From an uncultured Nitrospinaceae bacterium (lineage in GTDB: Bacteria; UBA8248), in the NCBI GenBank assembly GCA_964440505.1, contig CAYTSP010000139.1, forward strand, positions 1-56,323: a DNA stretch of 56,323 nucleotides, written 5' to 3'. A program made the position numbers and the translations under genes. Below the pieces are notes generated by a model. That model made no database searches and was not told where the DNA came from. It saw only the letters and a program-made list of their open reading frames with translations. Numbering within the stretch: position 1 is the stretch's first letter; the number at the start of each line of letters is the position of its first letter. Shown here piece after piece: positions 8,981 through 18,681 of the stretch.

Positions 8981-9302
8981 TTTCTTGGCGTACCCGAATC
9001 AGGGCGCGGGAGAAATCGATGGTCACGGGAAGCACCGGCTTTCGCACCCGGCATCTCGAGCCTCCTTCCAGAGAACCTCGTATATATTTAATTGAACAGT
9101 AAAATAAATATAGAATATAGGCGAGCCGCCCTGGTTTGTCAATAATATTTGGTACTTATATGCAATAGCGCCCTGATTCCCGGGCAATCTTCTGTTTTCA
9201 TTTTTCTCGTGATTCCCGTTCCTGACGCTTCCAGCAAGGTTCTTCCTGTTTTTCAGTCATGGACTTTCCTCTCCCGAAAAAGCCTCCCTGTCCTCCCTTG
9301 TC

Positions 9303-9441
9303 GGGGCTGTTGAAAAAGTCCACGCCGGTCGGGATTGACTCGCCTCGCGGCATCGGGCTTCGCGGAACGCTTGGCGCTCTCATATCGAGCAAGCGCCCCG
9401 AACCCTCATCCTGAGCAGGCGCGTAAGCGCCGTATCGAAGG
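9303..9441 (-). repeat. REP/MITE-like interspersed repeat, copy 2 (inverted relative to copy 1)
   Basis: The reverse complement reads ccttcgatacggcgcttacgcgcctgctcaggatgagggttcgg...cgaagcccgatgccgcgaggcgagtcaatcccgacc...ctttttcaacagcccc and is colinear with 443-584. Confidence 0.6.
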
Positions 9442-9524
9442 TCAAAACCGACCGAGGAGGGAGGTTTTGCGAACCGTTGGTTCCCTGCTCCGCATGCAAT
9501 CGCTCCCGCATTGGTCGCGATTGA

Positions 9525-9677
9525 CCTTCGATACGCGGCTTCGCCGCTACTCAGGGTGAGGAAGGTGGGGGCGGCGGAGCCTGCCCCGAGCGAAGTCGAG
9601 GGGCCGCTACTCAGGGTGAGGCGGAGTAGCGGACTGCGCAGGACGATTGCGCCGCATCGGACTTTCTCAACAACCCC
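9525..9677 (+). repeat. REP/MITE-like repeat, copy 3 (rearranged, with an internal 18-bp duplication and a 9-bp-stem hairpin)
   Basis: It starts ccttcgatacgcgg and ends ctttctcaacaacccc. ccgctactcagggtgagg occurs at both 9544-9561 and 9604-9621. ccgctactc (9604-9612) pairs with gagtagcgg (9623-9631). Confidence 0.5.
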
Positions 9678-9852
9678 TTCTCCGTCGAGTTCGACCTTTC
9701 GGGCCGATTCGGGATGAGGCGGAGACGGCGGTTGCGCGAGGCGGCGGAAAACAGCCCCAAACACGCGTCCCGCTCTAAGCTGCTATATGATGATGAGGCC
9801 TTGGCCTCTAATTTTGCGGGGGGAAGTTCCGCGAGGACGCAGAGGGAGCGTG

Positions 9853-10110
9853 ATGATCAAACAGCCGCTAACCAGTTTCCGCCGGATCCTCGTCGCCAAC
9901 CGGAGCGAAATCGCCATCCGCGTGTTTCGCGCCTCGGTCGAACTCGGGGTCGAGACGATAGCGATCTATTCACAAGAAGACCGTTTCGCGCTGCACCGCT
10001 TCAAGGCCGACGAGGCCTACCTGATCGGCCGGGGGATGGGCCGATCGGGGCCTATCTCAGCATCGACGAGGTGATCCGCGTTGCGCGCCCAAACGCCGTC
10101 ATCGCTGATC
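9853..10110 (+). pseudogene. pyruvate carboxylase / biotin carboxylase N-terminal stub, frameshifted and truncated
   Basis: An agagggag RBS precedes the ATG at 9853. [59 protein letters not shown] matches the biotin-carboxylase N-terminus. Around 10035 the match jumps frame ([17 protein letters not shown]) and then is lost. Only ~85 of the >1000 expected codons remain. Confidence 0.7.
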
Positions 10111-10304
10111 TTCCGGGAAGTGGCGGAATCGAAGGCGGGATGCCGCCTCTCCCGCTCACTGGACGCGCCGAACCCGTTGCCGAACACCCTTGCGCGCGTT
10201 TGCCCGCATTTGCCGCCTGTGCGGTTTCCCGGGCGCATGGCAGGATGGCCTTGCGGTGCCATGGGCCGTCCGTTCCTCAAAAACGGAGAATTTCCGTAAA
10301 ATTC

Positions 10305-10334
10305 GATAAATAAAGATAAATAAAGATAAATTTA
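10305..10334. repeat. AT-rich tandem decamer gataaataaa x3
   Basis: gataaataaa gataaataaa gataaattta was read directly, in the intergenic space between the pyc stub and the ftsY 3' end. Confidence 0.7.
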
Positions 10335-10398
10335 ATTAGGCTATATGGTTGATATATATGGGATTATCTTATTCTTTCAGGAAAGGCCGCCCAAAAAA

Positions 10399-11385
10399 CT
10401 ATTCGCCGAAAATGGCCTCGATGAACGCATCCGGGTCGAAATCGAGCAGGTCTTCCACCGACTCGCCCACGCCGACATACTTTATCGGTATACCGCTTTC
10501 ATAAGTGGCGCCGAGCGCCACGCCGCCCTTGGCCGTTCCATCGAGTTTGGTGAGCACAAGGCCCGTTACGCCCAGGGCCGGGCCGAATTCCCGCACCTGG
10601 GAGAGTACGTTCTGCCCGGACGTTGCGTCCAATACGAGCAGCACCTCGTGGGGCGCCGCATCGATGAGGCGCTGCGTTACGCGTCTGAGCTTTCTCAGTT
10701 CTTCCATGAGATTTTTTTTCGTATGCAGGCGTCCCGCCGTATCCACGAGCAATACGTCGACGCCGCGCGCCTTCGCCGCCTGAACGGCGTCATACACCAC
10801 GGCGGATGAATCCGCCCCCTCTTGATGACGAATAATTTCGCATCCGCTCCGCTCGGCCCATGCCGCCAATTGCTCACCGGCCGCGGCCCGGAACGTATCC
10901 CCCGCCGCCAGCATGACTTTCCGTTTTTCGGCCGAGTAACGCGATGCGAGCTTGCCGGCCGTCGTCGTCTTGCCCACACCGTTGACGCCCACCAGTAAAA
11001 TGATTCTGGGCTCTCCTGCAGGAGGATCCTGAGGCGTGTACGCAGCAGGACTTTCAGGGTTTTCCAGACAAGAGTGCATGATTTCCTGAACGCGTGTTTT
11101 CGCATCCGCACCCGCGCCCTCTCCGGCTTTTAGTTTTTCCAGCAGCGACTCAACAAGAAGGGGCCCCAGATCCGCCATGTACAGGACTTCTTCCAACTCC
11201 TCGAGCGTATTCTCATCAATGCGCCCGGCCATCAAGCCCTTCACCTGGCCGAGAAAACCCCCTCTTGTCTTCGAGAGACCTTGGCGCAATCTGCCGAACC
11301 AGCCTTTTGCGCCGCTATCTCTCTGTGCGCTTTCTTCCTTCCCGGGATCAGACATCAAGATATTTCCCAAACCTGCGCCAAACAA
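10399..11385 (-). CDS. ftsY: signal recognition particle receptor FtsY
   Basis: SRP-GTPase motifs are GVNGVGKTTT (G1), DTAGR (G3) and TKLDG (G4), with an N-terminal helical/acidic region. Confidence 0.95.
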   Translation of the reverse strand: MFGAGLGNILMSDPGKEESAQRDSGAKGWFGRLRQGLSKTRGGFLGQVKGLMAGRIDENTLEELEEVLYMADLGPLLVESLLEKLKAGEGAGADAKTRVQEIMHSCLENPESPAAYTPQDPPAGEPRIILLVGVNGVGKTTTAGKLASRYSAEKRKVMLAAGDTFRAAAGEQLAAWAERSGCEIIRHQEGADSSAVVYDAVQAAKARGVDVLLVDTAGRLHTKKNLMEELRKLRRVTQRLIDAAPHEVLLVLDATSGQNVLSQVREFGPALGVTGLVLTKLDGTAKGGVALGATYESGIPIKYVGVGESVEDLLDFDPDAFIEAIFGE

Positions 11386-11444
11386 ACCAACCCCGGCGAC
11401 GGTGCGCCGGGGTCATCTTCAACATAGCCTTCCGTGAAAAGATG

Positions 11445-14400
11445 CTACACCTGCGATTCCAAAACTGCTTCTCCCACCCCATTTACTCTCGCCTCCTCGC
11501 GATTCAGCTTGACGGAGACAATTTCTGAAACTCCTTTTTCTCTTTGCGTCACGCCGTAGAGTTGATTCGCGTACGACATGGTCTTCTTATTATGAGTGAT
11601 AATGATGAACTGACTCCGGTTCTCAAGTTCGGCAATCACTTCCCGAAAACGTCCGACATTGGCGTCATCGAGAGTGGCGTCCACCTCGTCGAGAATACAA
11701 AACGGACTCGGCCTGACGCTGAAGACTGCGAACAACAAGGAAATAGCGGTAAGCGCCTTCTCCCCTGCGGAGAGGAGCATGATGTTCGAGGGACGCTTGC
11801 CCGGGGGCCTCACTTCTATATCAACCCCCGTCTCCAGGGGGTCATTCGGGTCGAGCAGGTACATGCGCGCCTCACCGCCCTGAAAAAGACGTCCAAAAAT
11901 GTCGGCGAAAGCACTGCCCACCTCCTCGAACGCCGCCAGGAAACGGGATTTCGTTGTCTTGTTCAGTCTCTCGATCGTTGTGTGCAGATCGGCGATGGAA
12001 TTTTCCAAATCCTGCTGTTGTTCTTGTAAAAACACATATTCCTGATTGATTTCATCGTATTCCTGCGCGGCAAGGGGATTTACCTCTCCCATGCGGTCAA
12101 GTCTTTTCTGCAACATCTCCAGACGATTCACAATCTCCTGATACTGGGGAAGTTCTTCCCGCCGACTCTCTGCAGTTGCCTCAAGATTGACTTGACACTC
12201 CACTTTGGCGGATTCAACCATAGATTCCCGTTGTACACGAAGCTTCGTACGCCGCTCCGCCGCCTCATTTACCTCACCGGTCAGGTATGAAGCCTTCTCT
12301 TTTATCTCGCGAATCGAATCACCCAGTTGCTCATCACGTGATTGCACTTCACGCAAAACGCGCTCACGCTCGGTCTGTTCGGCTTCCACCCTGGCTTTCT
12401 CATCCTGAAAAGTGAGGATTTCCTCTCTGCATTGCCCGAGGCTTTCTTGAAAGCGTTTTCTCTTGTCGCTCGACCCGAGCTGATCTTCTTCTCTGCGAAT
12501 TTTGCGGGCTGAATTCTGGGATATCGCATTCTCGAGCCGTTGAATTTCGGCCCGACCAACAGCCACCTGTCCATTTATTTCCGTCAAGGCGATTCTTTTG
12601 TCCGTGACACGCACCTCCATCTCTGAATACCGCTCGCTGGCGTCACTGACCTTTCTTTCGATCTCCTGGACACGCAAGGTGATCTCTATAATCGCCTCTT
12701 CCGAGTGGAGACTTTCATCCCTGGCCACCTGGAGGGTCTCTTCGAGGCGCATCTGCTCCGTGCGCGTCTCCTCTTGCGTGGATTCAAGCGAGACCAACCG
12801 TTTTTTCAATGCCTCGTGTTTATCTTCCGTCGAGCGGAGGATTCCTTCGGCCTCCACGCGCAATACCGCAGCCCGTTGATTCGCCTCAACCGCAAGACGG
12901 TTTCTTTGTTCCGCTTTCATGAGTTCTTCACTCAATCTTTCAGAAATCGGTTCCAATTCATGAACTTGCGCCTCCAGCTGCTCCGCTTTGAGGCGTACCT
13001 CCTCGCATCTTCTCGAACGCTCCAAAAAACCTTCATTTCGACCCAAACCGCCTTCCACCGCACCATTTGCATGAATAATTTCACCCTTCAAAGTCACACA
13101 GACGATGCCTTGGGACCCATTGCACCAGGCCGCCTGCGCGGCATCGATATCCTCAACCACCACAACATTACAGAGCAGCGATTGAATGAGAGGGCGATAA
13201 TCCACTTGGCAGCGAACAAAATCCGCCGCCGCACCGAGAACACCTTCCCCCAGCGGGACGATGGCATCCGGTTGAGCATCCACCTCCTTGGGCAGAGCCA
13301 CACCACGCCCGGTTTCCGAACCCATCAGCGCGCGGAGCGCATTCACCGCATCACCCGGACTCTCCACCACCACGCCCATCAATTGATCGCCAAGGACCGT
13401 TTCAATGGCTTTTTCAAATTTCGGATCGACGCGAATTACATCGGAAAAAGACGCCAGAACTTGAGCACCACAGGACCGGAACGCTTCCATATCCGCTATT
13501 CCACTCTCGTCGGAGCCCAAAACACCTTCTAAGGCCGAGAGAGCGGATTTCGCTTCCATCAAGGACTCTTTCGTCCCAGCCACGGATTCTTCGTGGCGGC
13601 TCAAAGACTCGGACGTTCCCGCGCACTCAGACCTCGCCCGTTCAAGTTCTTGTTTTCCGCGGATTTCAGATGCAATCAGCGATTCCAGCCGGCTTTTCGC
13701 ATCATCGGCGTCGGTTTGTGTCAATTCGATCTGACGCCTGATCTCCTCAAGCTCTTCACCAGTCTTTGCAGTGGACTCGGTCAGTCCCTCACGTCGCGAT
13801 TCGATGGAAGCGATTTGCTGACGAGTCGCGCTCAAACGCTCTTTTTCTTCCTCTTGAGCGCTCCGGGTCTCCTCAAGAATTCGTTCGTGTTCTCTTAAGT
13901 TCTCACGATAAGCGGCTAACTCGGCCACACCGACGTCATATTCCTCGCGCGCAAGACTCGATTGCCCCGTAAGCATCTCAAGTGTTGAAGCAAGCCCGAT
14001 TCTCTCATTCTCCAAGGTCGTGGTTTCAACATCGAGAGCCTGGACTTCCTCCATGCGACGTTCATCTTCCGTATCGAGTTCCTTGAGACGGCTGCCCAGC
14101 ATCTCAACCCGATTCTCCAGCCCCTGCAGGCAACCTTCCACTTCTACTGCTCGGCGGCGGGATTCCGCCAATGCCTCCGAACGCTCGGTGATCAAAATAC
14201 GCCCGTTTTCCCTTTCGGCTTCTAGAGAAGATAATTTCGCGGATACCGCTTGTTCTGCTTGTTTGATGCGGTTATACGCCTTTTCCGCGGGAACAAGTTC
14301 ATCGACAAGTTTGAGGTAATCGAGCACCATGATTCTTTGGGAAAGATCGGCAATTTCAGTTCGGTATTCCTTGTGAAATGTTGCTTTCCTCGCCTGGCGA

Positions 14401-15029
14401 CGCAAAGAGCCCAGGCGGGCTTCTTTCTCACGCATGATGTCAGCCACACGAAGCAGATTCGCCTGCGCCAGCTCCAGCTTTCTCAACGCTTCGTTCCGCC
14501 TGCTCTTGTACTTCATAATACCAGCGGCCTCTTCAATCAGAATCCGCCTGTCCAGTGGCCTCGCGTTCACGAGAGTCTCTATCTTGCCCTGTTCCACGAT
14601 GGAGAAAGTATCGAGGGAAACACCGGTATCCAGAAACAAGTCGACGATGTCTTTGAGGCGGCAAGGATTGCGATTGATGAGATATTCACTCTCCCCGGAG
14701 CGATACAACCGGCGGGTAACCACTACCTCGTCAAAATCCCTGAATGCGGGAGAGGTCACCACGCCTTTGAGATCGGTAATGGTGAGCGAGACCTCGGACA
14801 TCCCGAGTTGCTTGCGCTCGGCGCTACCGTTGAAGATAACATCCTCCATCTTCTTCGAGCGCATATTTTTAGGAGCCTGTTCGCCCAGAACCCACCGAAC
14901 GGCATCGCATACATTGCTCTTGCCGCATCCGTTGGGTCCGACCACAGCCGTGAGACCTTCGCCTATTTCAATCACGGTTTTTTCAACGAAGGACTTGAAC
15001 CCCTGCATCTCCAAGCGTTGGAATCGCAA
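11445..15029 (-). CDS. smc: chromosome segregation protein SMC
   Basis: It is 1194 aa with Walker A GPNGCGKSN, long coiled coils around a hinge, the signature LSAGEKALTA and Walker B FCILDEVDATLD. Confidence 0.95.
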   Translation of the reverse strand: MRFQRLEMQGFKSFVEKTVIEIGEGLTAVVGPNGCGKSNVCDAVRWVLGEQAPKNMRSKKMEDVIFNGSAERKQLGMSEVSLTITDLKGVVTSPAFRDFDEVVVTRRLYRSGESEYLINRNPCRLKDIVDLFLDTGVSLDTFSIVEQGKIETLVNARPLDRRILIEEAAGIMKYKSRRNEALRKLELAQANLLRVADIMREKEARLGSLRRQARKATFHKEYRTEIADLSQRIMVLDYLKLVDELVPAEKAYNRIKQAEQAVSAKLSSLEAERENGRILITERSEALAESRRRAVEVEGCLQGLENRVEMLGSRLKELDTEDERRMEEVQALDVETTTLENERIGLASTLEMLTGQSSLAREEYDVGVAELAAYRENLREHERILEETRSAQEEEKERLSATRQQIASIESRREGLTESTAKTGEELEEIRRQIELTQTDADDAKSRLESLIASEIRGKQELERARSECAGTSESLSRHEESVAGTKESLMEAKSALSALEGVLGSDESGIADMEAFRSCGAQVLASFSDVIRVDPKFEKAIETVLGDQLMGVVVESPGDAVNALRALMGSETGRGVALPKEVDAQPDAIVPLGEGVLGAAADFVRCQVDYRPLIQSLLCNVVVVEDIDAAQAAWCNGSQGIVCVTLKGEIIHANGAVEGGLGRNEGFLERSRRCEEVRLKAEQLEAQVHELEPISERLSEELMKAEQRNRLAVEANQRAAVLRVEAEGILRSTEDKHEALKKRLVSLESTQEETRTEQMRLEETLQVARDESLHSEEAIIEITLRVQEIERKVSDASERYSEMEVRVTDKRIALTEINGQVAVGRAEIQRLENAISQNSARKIRREEDQLGSSDKRKRFQESLGQCREEILTFQDEKARVEAEQTERERVLREVQSRDEQLGDSIREIKEKASYLTGEVNEAAERRTKLRVQRESMVESAKVECQVNLEATAESRREELPQYQEIVNRLEMLQKRLDRMGEVNPLAAQEYDEINQEYVFLQEQQQDLENSIADLHTTIERLNKTTKSRFLAAFEEVGSAFADIFGRLFQGGEARMYLLDPNDPLETGVDIEVRPPGKRPSNIMLLSAGEKALTAISLLFAVFSVRPSPFCILDEVDATLDDANVGRFREVIAELENRSQFIIITHNKKTMSYANQLYGVTQREKGVSEIVSVKLNREEARVNGVGEAVLESQV

Positions 15030-15167
15030 TTCAACACCTCGGCGGGCGGATGAACTTCATTTTCAGGGGGCGGTATAAGACACTACCAGGGCGGCAGGAA
15101 TCAATAACTTATCAGAATTCCCCGGCATCCGTAAAGCAAAATATTACATTCTAAGAACTCGTTGTCG

Positions 15168-15851
15168 CTAGACTTCCCCGATCTTATAAACGGCTTCTTT
15201 CGCCGCTACCTGCTCAGCCGCTTTTTTGGTCGTGCCTTGCCCACGTCCCATGACCTTACGACCGAGGCGAACTTCAACCTCGAATTTTTTTTCGTGCTCA
15301 GGACCACTCTCTCGAACCAGACGATAACCAGGTGGTTTATTGCCATTTTTTTGAGCCAACCGCTGAAGCTGGCTTTTGAAATCTTGCGATAGGACATCTT
15401 CTTCATTCAGGCCTGCAGCCCAGAACCATGATTGCGCCCATTGCGTACAACGAGCGTAACCGGCATCGAGATATATGGCGCCGACCAACGCCTCGACTGC
15501 TCCCGCCTGGATGGAAGGTTTTTGCCGACCGCCCGTTTTTTCTTCCCCTTTGCCCAGACGAATGAAGTTTCCCAGTCCACGGCGCTTAAAAACGCCCGCC
15601 AAAGTGCGGCCATTCACCCGTTCTGAGCGCATATGAGTCAGAACTCCCTCATCATCCGCCGGAAAATCTTTCCATAGTTTTTCCGTCACGATGAGTTGCA
15701 AAACAGCATCACCTAAAAATTCAAGTCGTTCATTATCTGAAGTGGGGGTTGAACTTTCTTGAGAAAAAGAGCGGTGCGTGAGGGCTCGAACGAGGAGTTC
15801 CTTGTTCGAAAACGAATAGCCGACTTGGGTTTCGATTTCACCCAGGGTCAC
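15168..15851 (-). CDS. rnc: ribonuclease III
   Basis: The RNase III signature NERLEFLGDAVL is present, with a C-terminal dsRBD (GPEHEKKFEVEV...GQGTTKKAAEQVAAKEA). The track ORF starts at 16025 and would overlap fabF by 116 nt. The GTG at 15851 (VTLGEIETQVGYSF...) gives a normal ~227-aa protein downstream of the fabF stop. Confidence 0.9.
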   Translation of the reverse strand: MTLGEIETQVGYSFSNKELLVRALTHRSFSQESSTPTSDNERLEFLGDAVLQLIVTEKLWKDFPADDEGVLTHMRSERVNGRTLAGVFKRRGLGNFIRLGKGEEKTGGRQKPSIQAGAVEALVGAIYLDAGYARCTQWAQSWFWAAGLNEEDVLSQDFKSQLQRLAQKNGNKPPGYRLVRESGPEHEKKFEVEVRLGRKVMGRGQGTTKKAAEQVAAKEAVYKIGEV

Positions 15852-15909
15852 ACCCCTTGCACCGAAACCGGAGAGTTTCCCGTTTCTGTTGTTGGCAGAA
15901 CCTCTTTTT

Positions 15910-17187
15910 TTAAGCTGCGTTGTTTTCCGCTCTCTTGAACAGGAGCGATGCGTTGGTTCCCCCGAACCCGAACGAGTTTGTAATGGCACAGTCGATGTCC
16001 GCTTTCCGGGCAGAATTGGGCACAAAGTCGAGATCGCATTCCGGATCTGGGGTATCTAGATTGATCGTGGGAGGAATGCACTGATTCTTAAGCGCCAAGA
16101 TAGTGAAAACCGATTCCACGCCTCCCGCCGCACCCAGAAGATGCCCGGTCATAGATTTTGTGGAACTTACACTCAGTTTGTAGGCATGCTCGCCAAATGT
16201 TCTTTTGATGGCTGTCGTTTCGAGTCTATCTCCCGCACCGGTGGATGTGCCATGCGCGTTGATGTAATCCACATCCTCAGGCTCTAGTTTTGCGTCATTC
16301 AGCGCCATGTCCATGCAGCGGGCCGCTCCGTCACCACCCGGGTCCGGGGAGGTAATGTGGTGGGCGTCGGAAGTGAGCCCATAGCCACTGAGTTCTGCGT
16401 AAATATTCGCTCCACGCGCTACAGCGTGTTCATAACGCTCCAGGATCACGACGCCTGCCCCCTCCGCCATCACGAATCCATCCCTGTCCGTATCAAAGGG
16501 ACGACTCGCGCTCTCGGGGTCATCGTTACGAGTGCTGAGCGCCCGCATCGCGCAAAATCCCGCCATGGCCAACTCCGTGATACAAGACTCACTGCCACCG
16601 GCCACCATGACATCCACCAAGCCGCGCTGAATACACTTCATCGCGTCTCCGATGGCGTGATTCCCGGATGCGCACGCCGTGGTGGTGCAAATGTTCGGCC
16701 CCTTTAGTCCCCAGCGCATCGAAACCTGCCCGGCGGCCAAGTTTCCCAACAACATGGGGATGAAGAAGGGACTGATGCGCGTCGGTTCTCTGGTTAGCAA
16801 TAATTCCTTATTGGCTTCTATGGCAGGTAAACCGCCCAGTCCCACGCCAATGATGGTGCCGTACCGCGGCGCCATTTCCGTGTCTGGAGCTTCCAGAGCG
16901 GCATCATCGAAGGCCATTTGAGAGGCCGCAAGCACGTACTGTATGAAAGTATCCATTTTCTTGAGTTCTTTGCGGGAAACATAATTCTCAGGTTCAAAAC
17001 CTTTTACTTCACCGCAGATGCGGGACGTCAGGCGATCCGGACAAAACCGGGAAACTTTACCGACCCCAGAGCGGCCCTGCATTAAGGCTTCCCAGTTTTC
17101 CTCTACCGACAAGCCCAGCGGTGTTAGCAGGCCGAGTCCCGTGACGACAACCCGGACATCCGAACTCAATAAATCTTGATTATTCAT
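15910..17187 (-). CDS. fabF: beta-ketoacyl-ACP synthase II
   Basis: The active-site Cys lies in TTACASG, the His residues lie in NAHGTST and TGHLLGAAG, and the C-terminal motif is NSFGFGGTN. Confidence 0.95.
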   Translation of the reverse strand: MNNQDLLSSDVRVVVTGLGLLTPLGLSVEENWEALMQGRSGVGKVSRFCPDRLTSRICGEVKGFEPENYVSRKELKKMDTFIQYVLAASQMAFDDAALEAPDTEMAPRYGTIIGVGLGGLPAIEANKELLLTREPTRISPFFIPMLLGNLAAGQVSMRWGLKGPNICTTTACASGNHAIGDAMKCIQRGLVDVMVAGGSESCITELAMAGFCAMRALSTRNDDPESASRPFDTDRDGFVMAEGAGVVILERYEHAVARGANIYAELSGYGLTSDAHHITSPDPGGDGAARCMDMALNDAKLEPEDVDYINAHGTSTGAGDRLETTAIKRTFGEHAYKLSVSSTKSMTGHLLGAAGGVESVFTILALKNQCIPPTINLDTPDPECDLDFVPNSARKADIDCAITNSFGFGGTNASLLFKRAENNAA

Positions 17188-17222
17188 GTTTCCTCTTCGA
17201 TTTGCAGACCAACGAGATTGCT

Positions 17223-17465
17223 CTAGTCTCCAGGCACCTTCGAGATATAGTCGTACGCATCTTGAACCGTGGAAATTTTCTCCGCTTCTTCATCAGGGAT
17301 TTCGATACCGAATTTCTCCTCAAAAGCCATGACGAGCTCCACGGTATCCAGCGAATCCGCTCCCAGATCATCGGTAAACGAAGCTTCCGGCACCACCTTT
17401 TCAGGCTCCACACTCAGCTGTTCAACAATGATTTCTCTAATTTGTGCTTTGATATCATCTGTCAC
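17223..17465 (-). CDS. acpP: acyl carrier protein
   Basis: [28 protein letters not shown] contains the phosphopantetheine Ser in DSL. The GTG at 17465 gives an 80-aa product; the track ORF extends to 17510. Confidence 0.9.
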   Translation of the reverse strand: MTDDIKAQIREIIVEQLSVEPEKVVPEASFTDDLGADSLDTVELVMAFEEKFGIEIPDEEAEKISTVQDAYDYISKVPGD

Positions 17466-17637
17466 GCCGATTCCTCCGAAAATCTTTCTCTTAAACCGGT
17501 ATTGAGTCACATCCTTTCAGCAAGAACTCAGATCCAATACTCATTTCACTTCACAGGGGCGCTCAATCTGAATCCTAAAACCCGTTTTCGTTCTTTTTTG
17601 GCAATCCTTCAGCAACCATCATACACAGGTATGAAAT

Positions 17638-18576
17638 TCAATTGAACTTCCCCAAGTCCGAAACCGCTTGCTCCAGGCTCCGTGTATCTTCCACATTATG
17701 CACCGGTATACCCTTCAATATCCGCTTATTCAATCCTGAGAGCACTTTCCCGGGGCCCAACTCGACCATCACATCGGGTTTCTCCTCGCCTGCCGCACGC
17801 ACAGAGTCTTCCCAGCGAACGGGAGAGCGAACCTGGCGTTTGAGCAACTCTCTTGCCAGTTTTCCTTCCAGAACGGGTCGAGCGGTTACATTCGCATATA
17901 CGGGAATCGAAGGATCGGCAATATCCGCTTCGTCGAGAACTTCACTCATCCGCTCGGCCGCTTCACTCAGCAAGGAACAATGAAAAGGCGCACCAACCGG
18001 AAGCATGACAACCTTCCTGACTCCTTTGTCTGTTGCCAGCCGCGCGGCGGATTCTACCGCATCCTTGTCTCCCGACAAGACATATTGGCCGGGGGCATTA
18101 TAATTTGCAACCTCCACCACGCCTTCCACTTCCCCACATATGGCTTCGGCCGCTTCTCTCTCTATCCCGAGCAAGGCCGCCATGGCGCCGCCCCGCTCGG
18201 GGACAGCCTCGTGCATGAAGCGGCCCCTTTTCTTCACCAACTCAACACCCGTCCGGAAATCGATGGCTTCGGCCGCCAGAAGGGCGGAGTATTCCCCCAA
18301 ACTGTGCCCTAAGGCGAGAGAAGGACTATAGCCGCACTCACGCAACAAAGTGCAAGCGATATGGCTATGAACCAGAATGGCGGGTTGGGTATTGCAAGTA
18401 AGCGTCAACTCCGATTTGGGGCCTTCAAAGCTCAGCCTCGCGAGGTCCCATCCCAGAATATCGCTCGCCTGCTCATAGGCTTCTCGAGCGAATGGATACT
18501 CATCATAGAATTGCTTGCCCATGCCGACATATTGCGAACCTTGTCCTGGAAACAAAAACGCAATTTTCACAGCCAT
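17638..18576 (-). CDS. fabD: malonyl-CoA:ACP transacylase
   Basis: FPGQGSQ is at the N-terminus, the active site is GHSLGEYSAL, and the protein is 312 aa. Confidence 0.95.
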   Translation of the reverse strand: MAVKIAFLFPGQGSQYVGMGKQFYDEYPFAREAYEQASDILGWDLARLSFEGPKSELTLTCNTQPAILVHSHIACTLLRECGYSPSLALGHSLGEYSALLAAEAIDFRTGVELVKKRGRFMHEAVPERGGAMAALLGIEREAAEAICGEVEGVVEVANYNAPGQYVLSGDKDAVESAARLATDKGVRKVVMLPVGAPFHCSLLSEAAERMSEVLDEADIADPSIPVYANVTARPVLEGKLARELLKRQVRSPVRWEDSVRAAGEEKPDVMVELGPGKVLSGLNKRILKGIPVHNVEDTRSLEQAVSDLGKFN

Positions 18577-18681
18577 CTAGTAACCCTTACCTATGGCATG
18601 AACGGCGAAGCTTTAATCAATTATGCTCGCTGATGAAACAGGGCGGGGGATGAGGCGAAATCTTTCCAGGCGTTCATATCA

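Noticed and set aside
9198-9764. 188-aa ORF (and 211..768, 282..689 near the left end) spanning the REP-like repeats
   Set aside because: The ORFs are created by the repeat elements themselves; the same peptide-like strings appear wherever the repeat occurs, in either orientation. There is no RBS and no coherent protein features.
12705-15078. Plus-strand ORFs of 214-275 aa inside smc (12705..13532, 14250..15053, 14434..15078)
   Set aside because: They are antisense to the SMC coiled-coil coding region, whose repetitive codon usage keeps the opposite frames open. They have no recognisable features.
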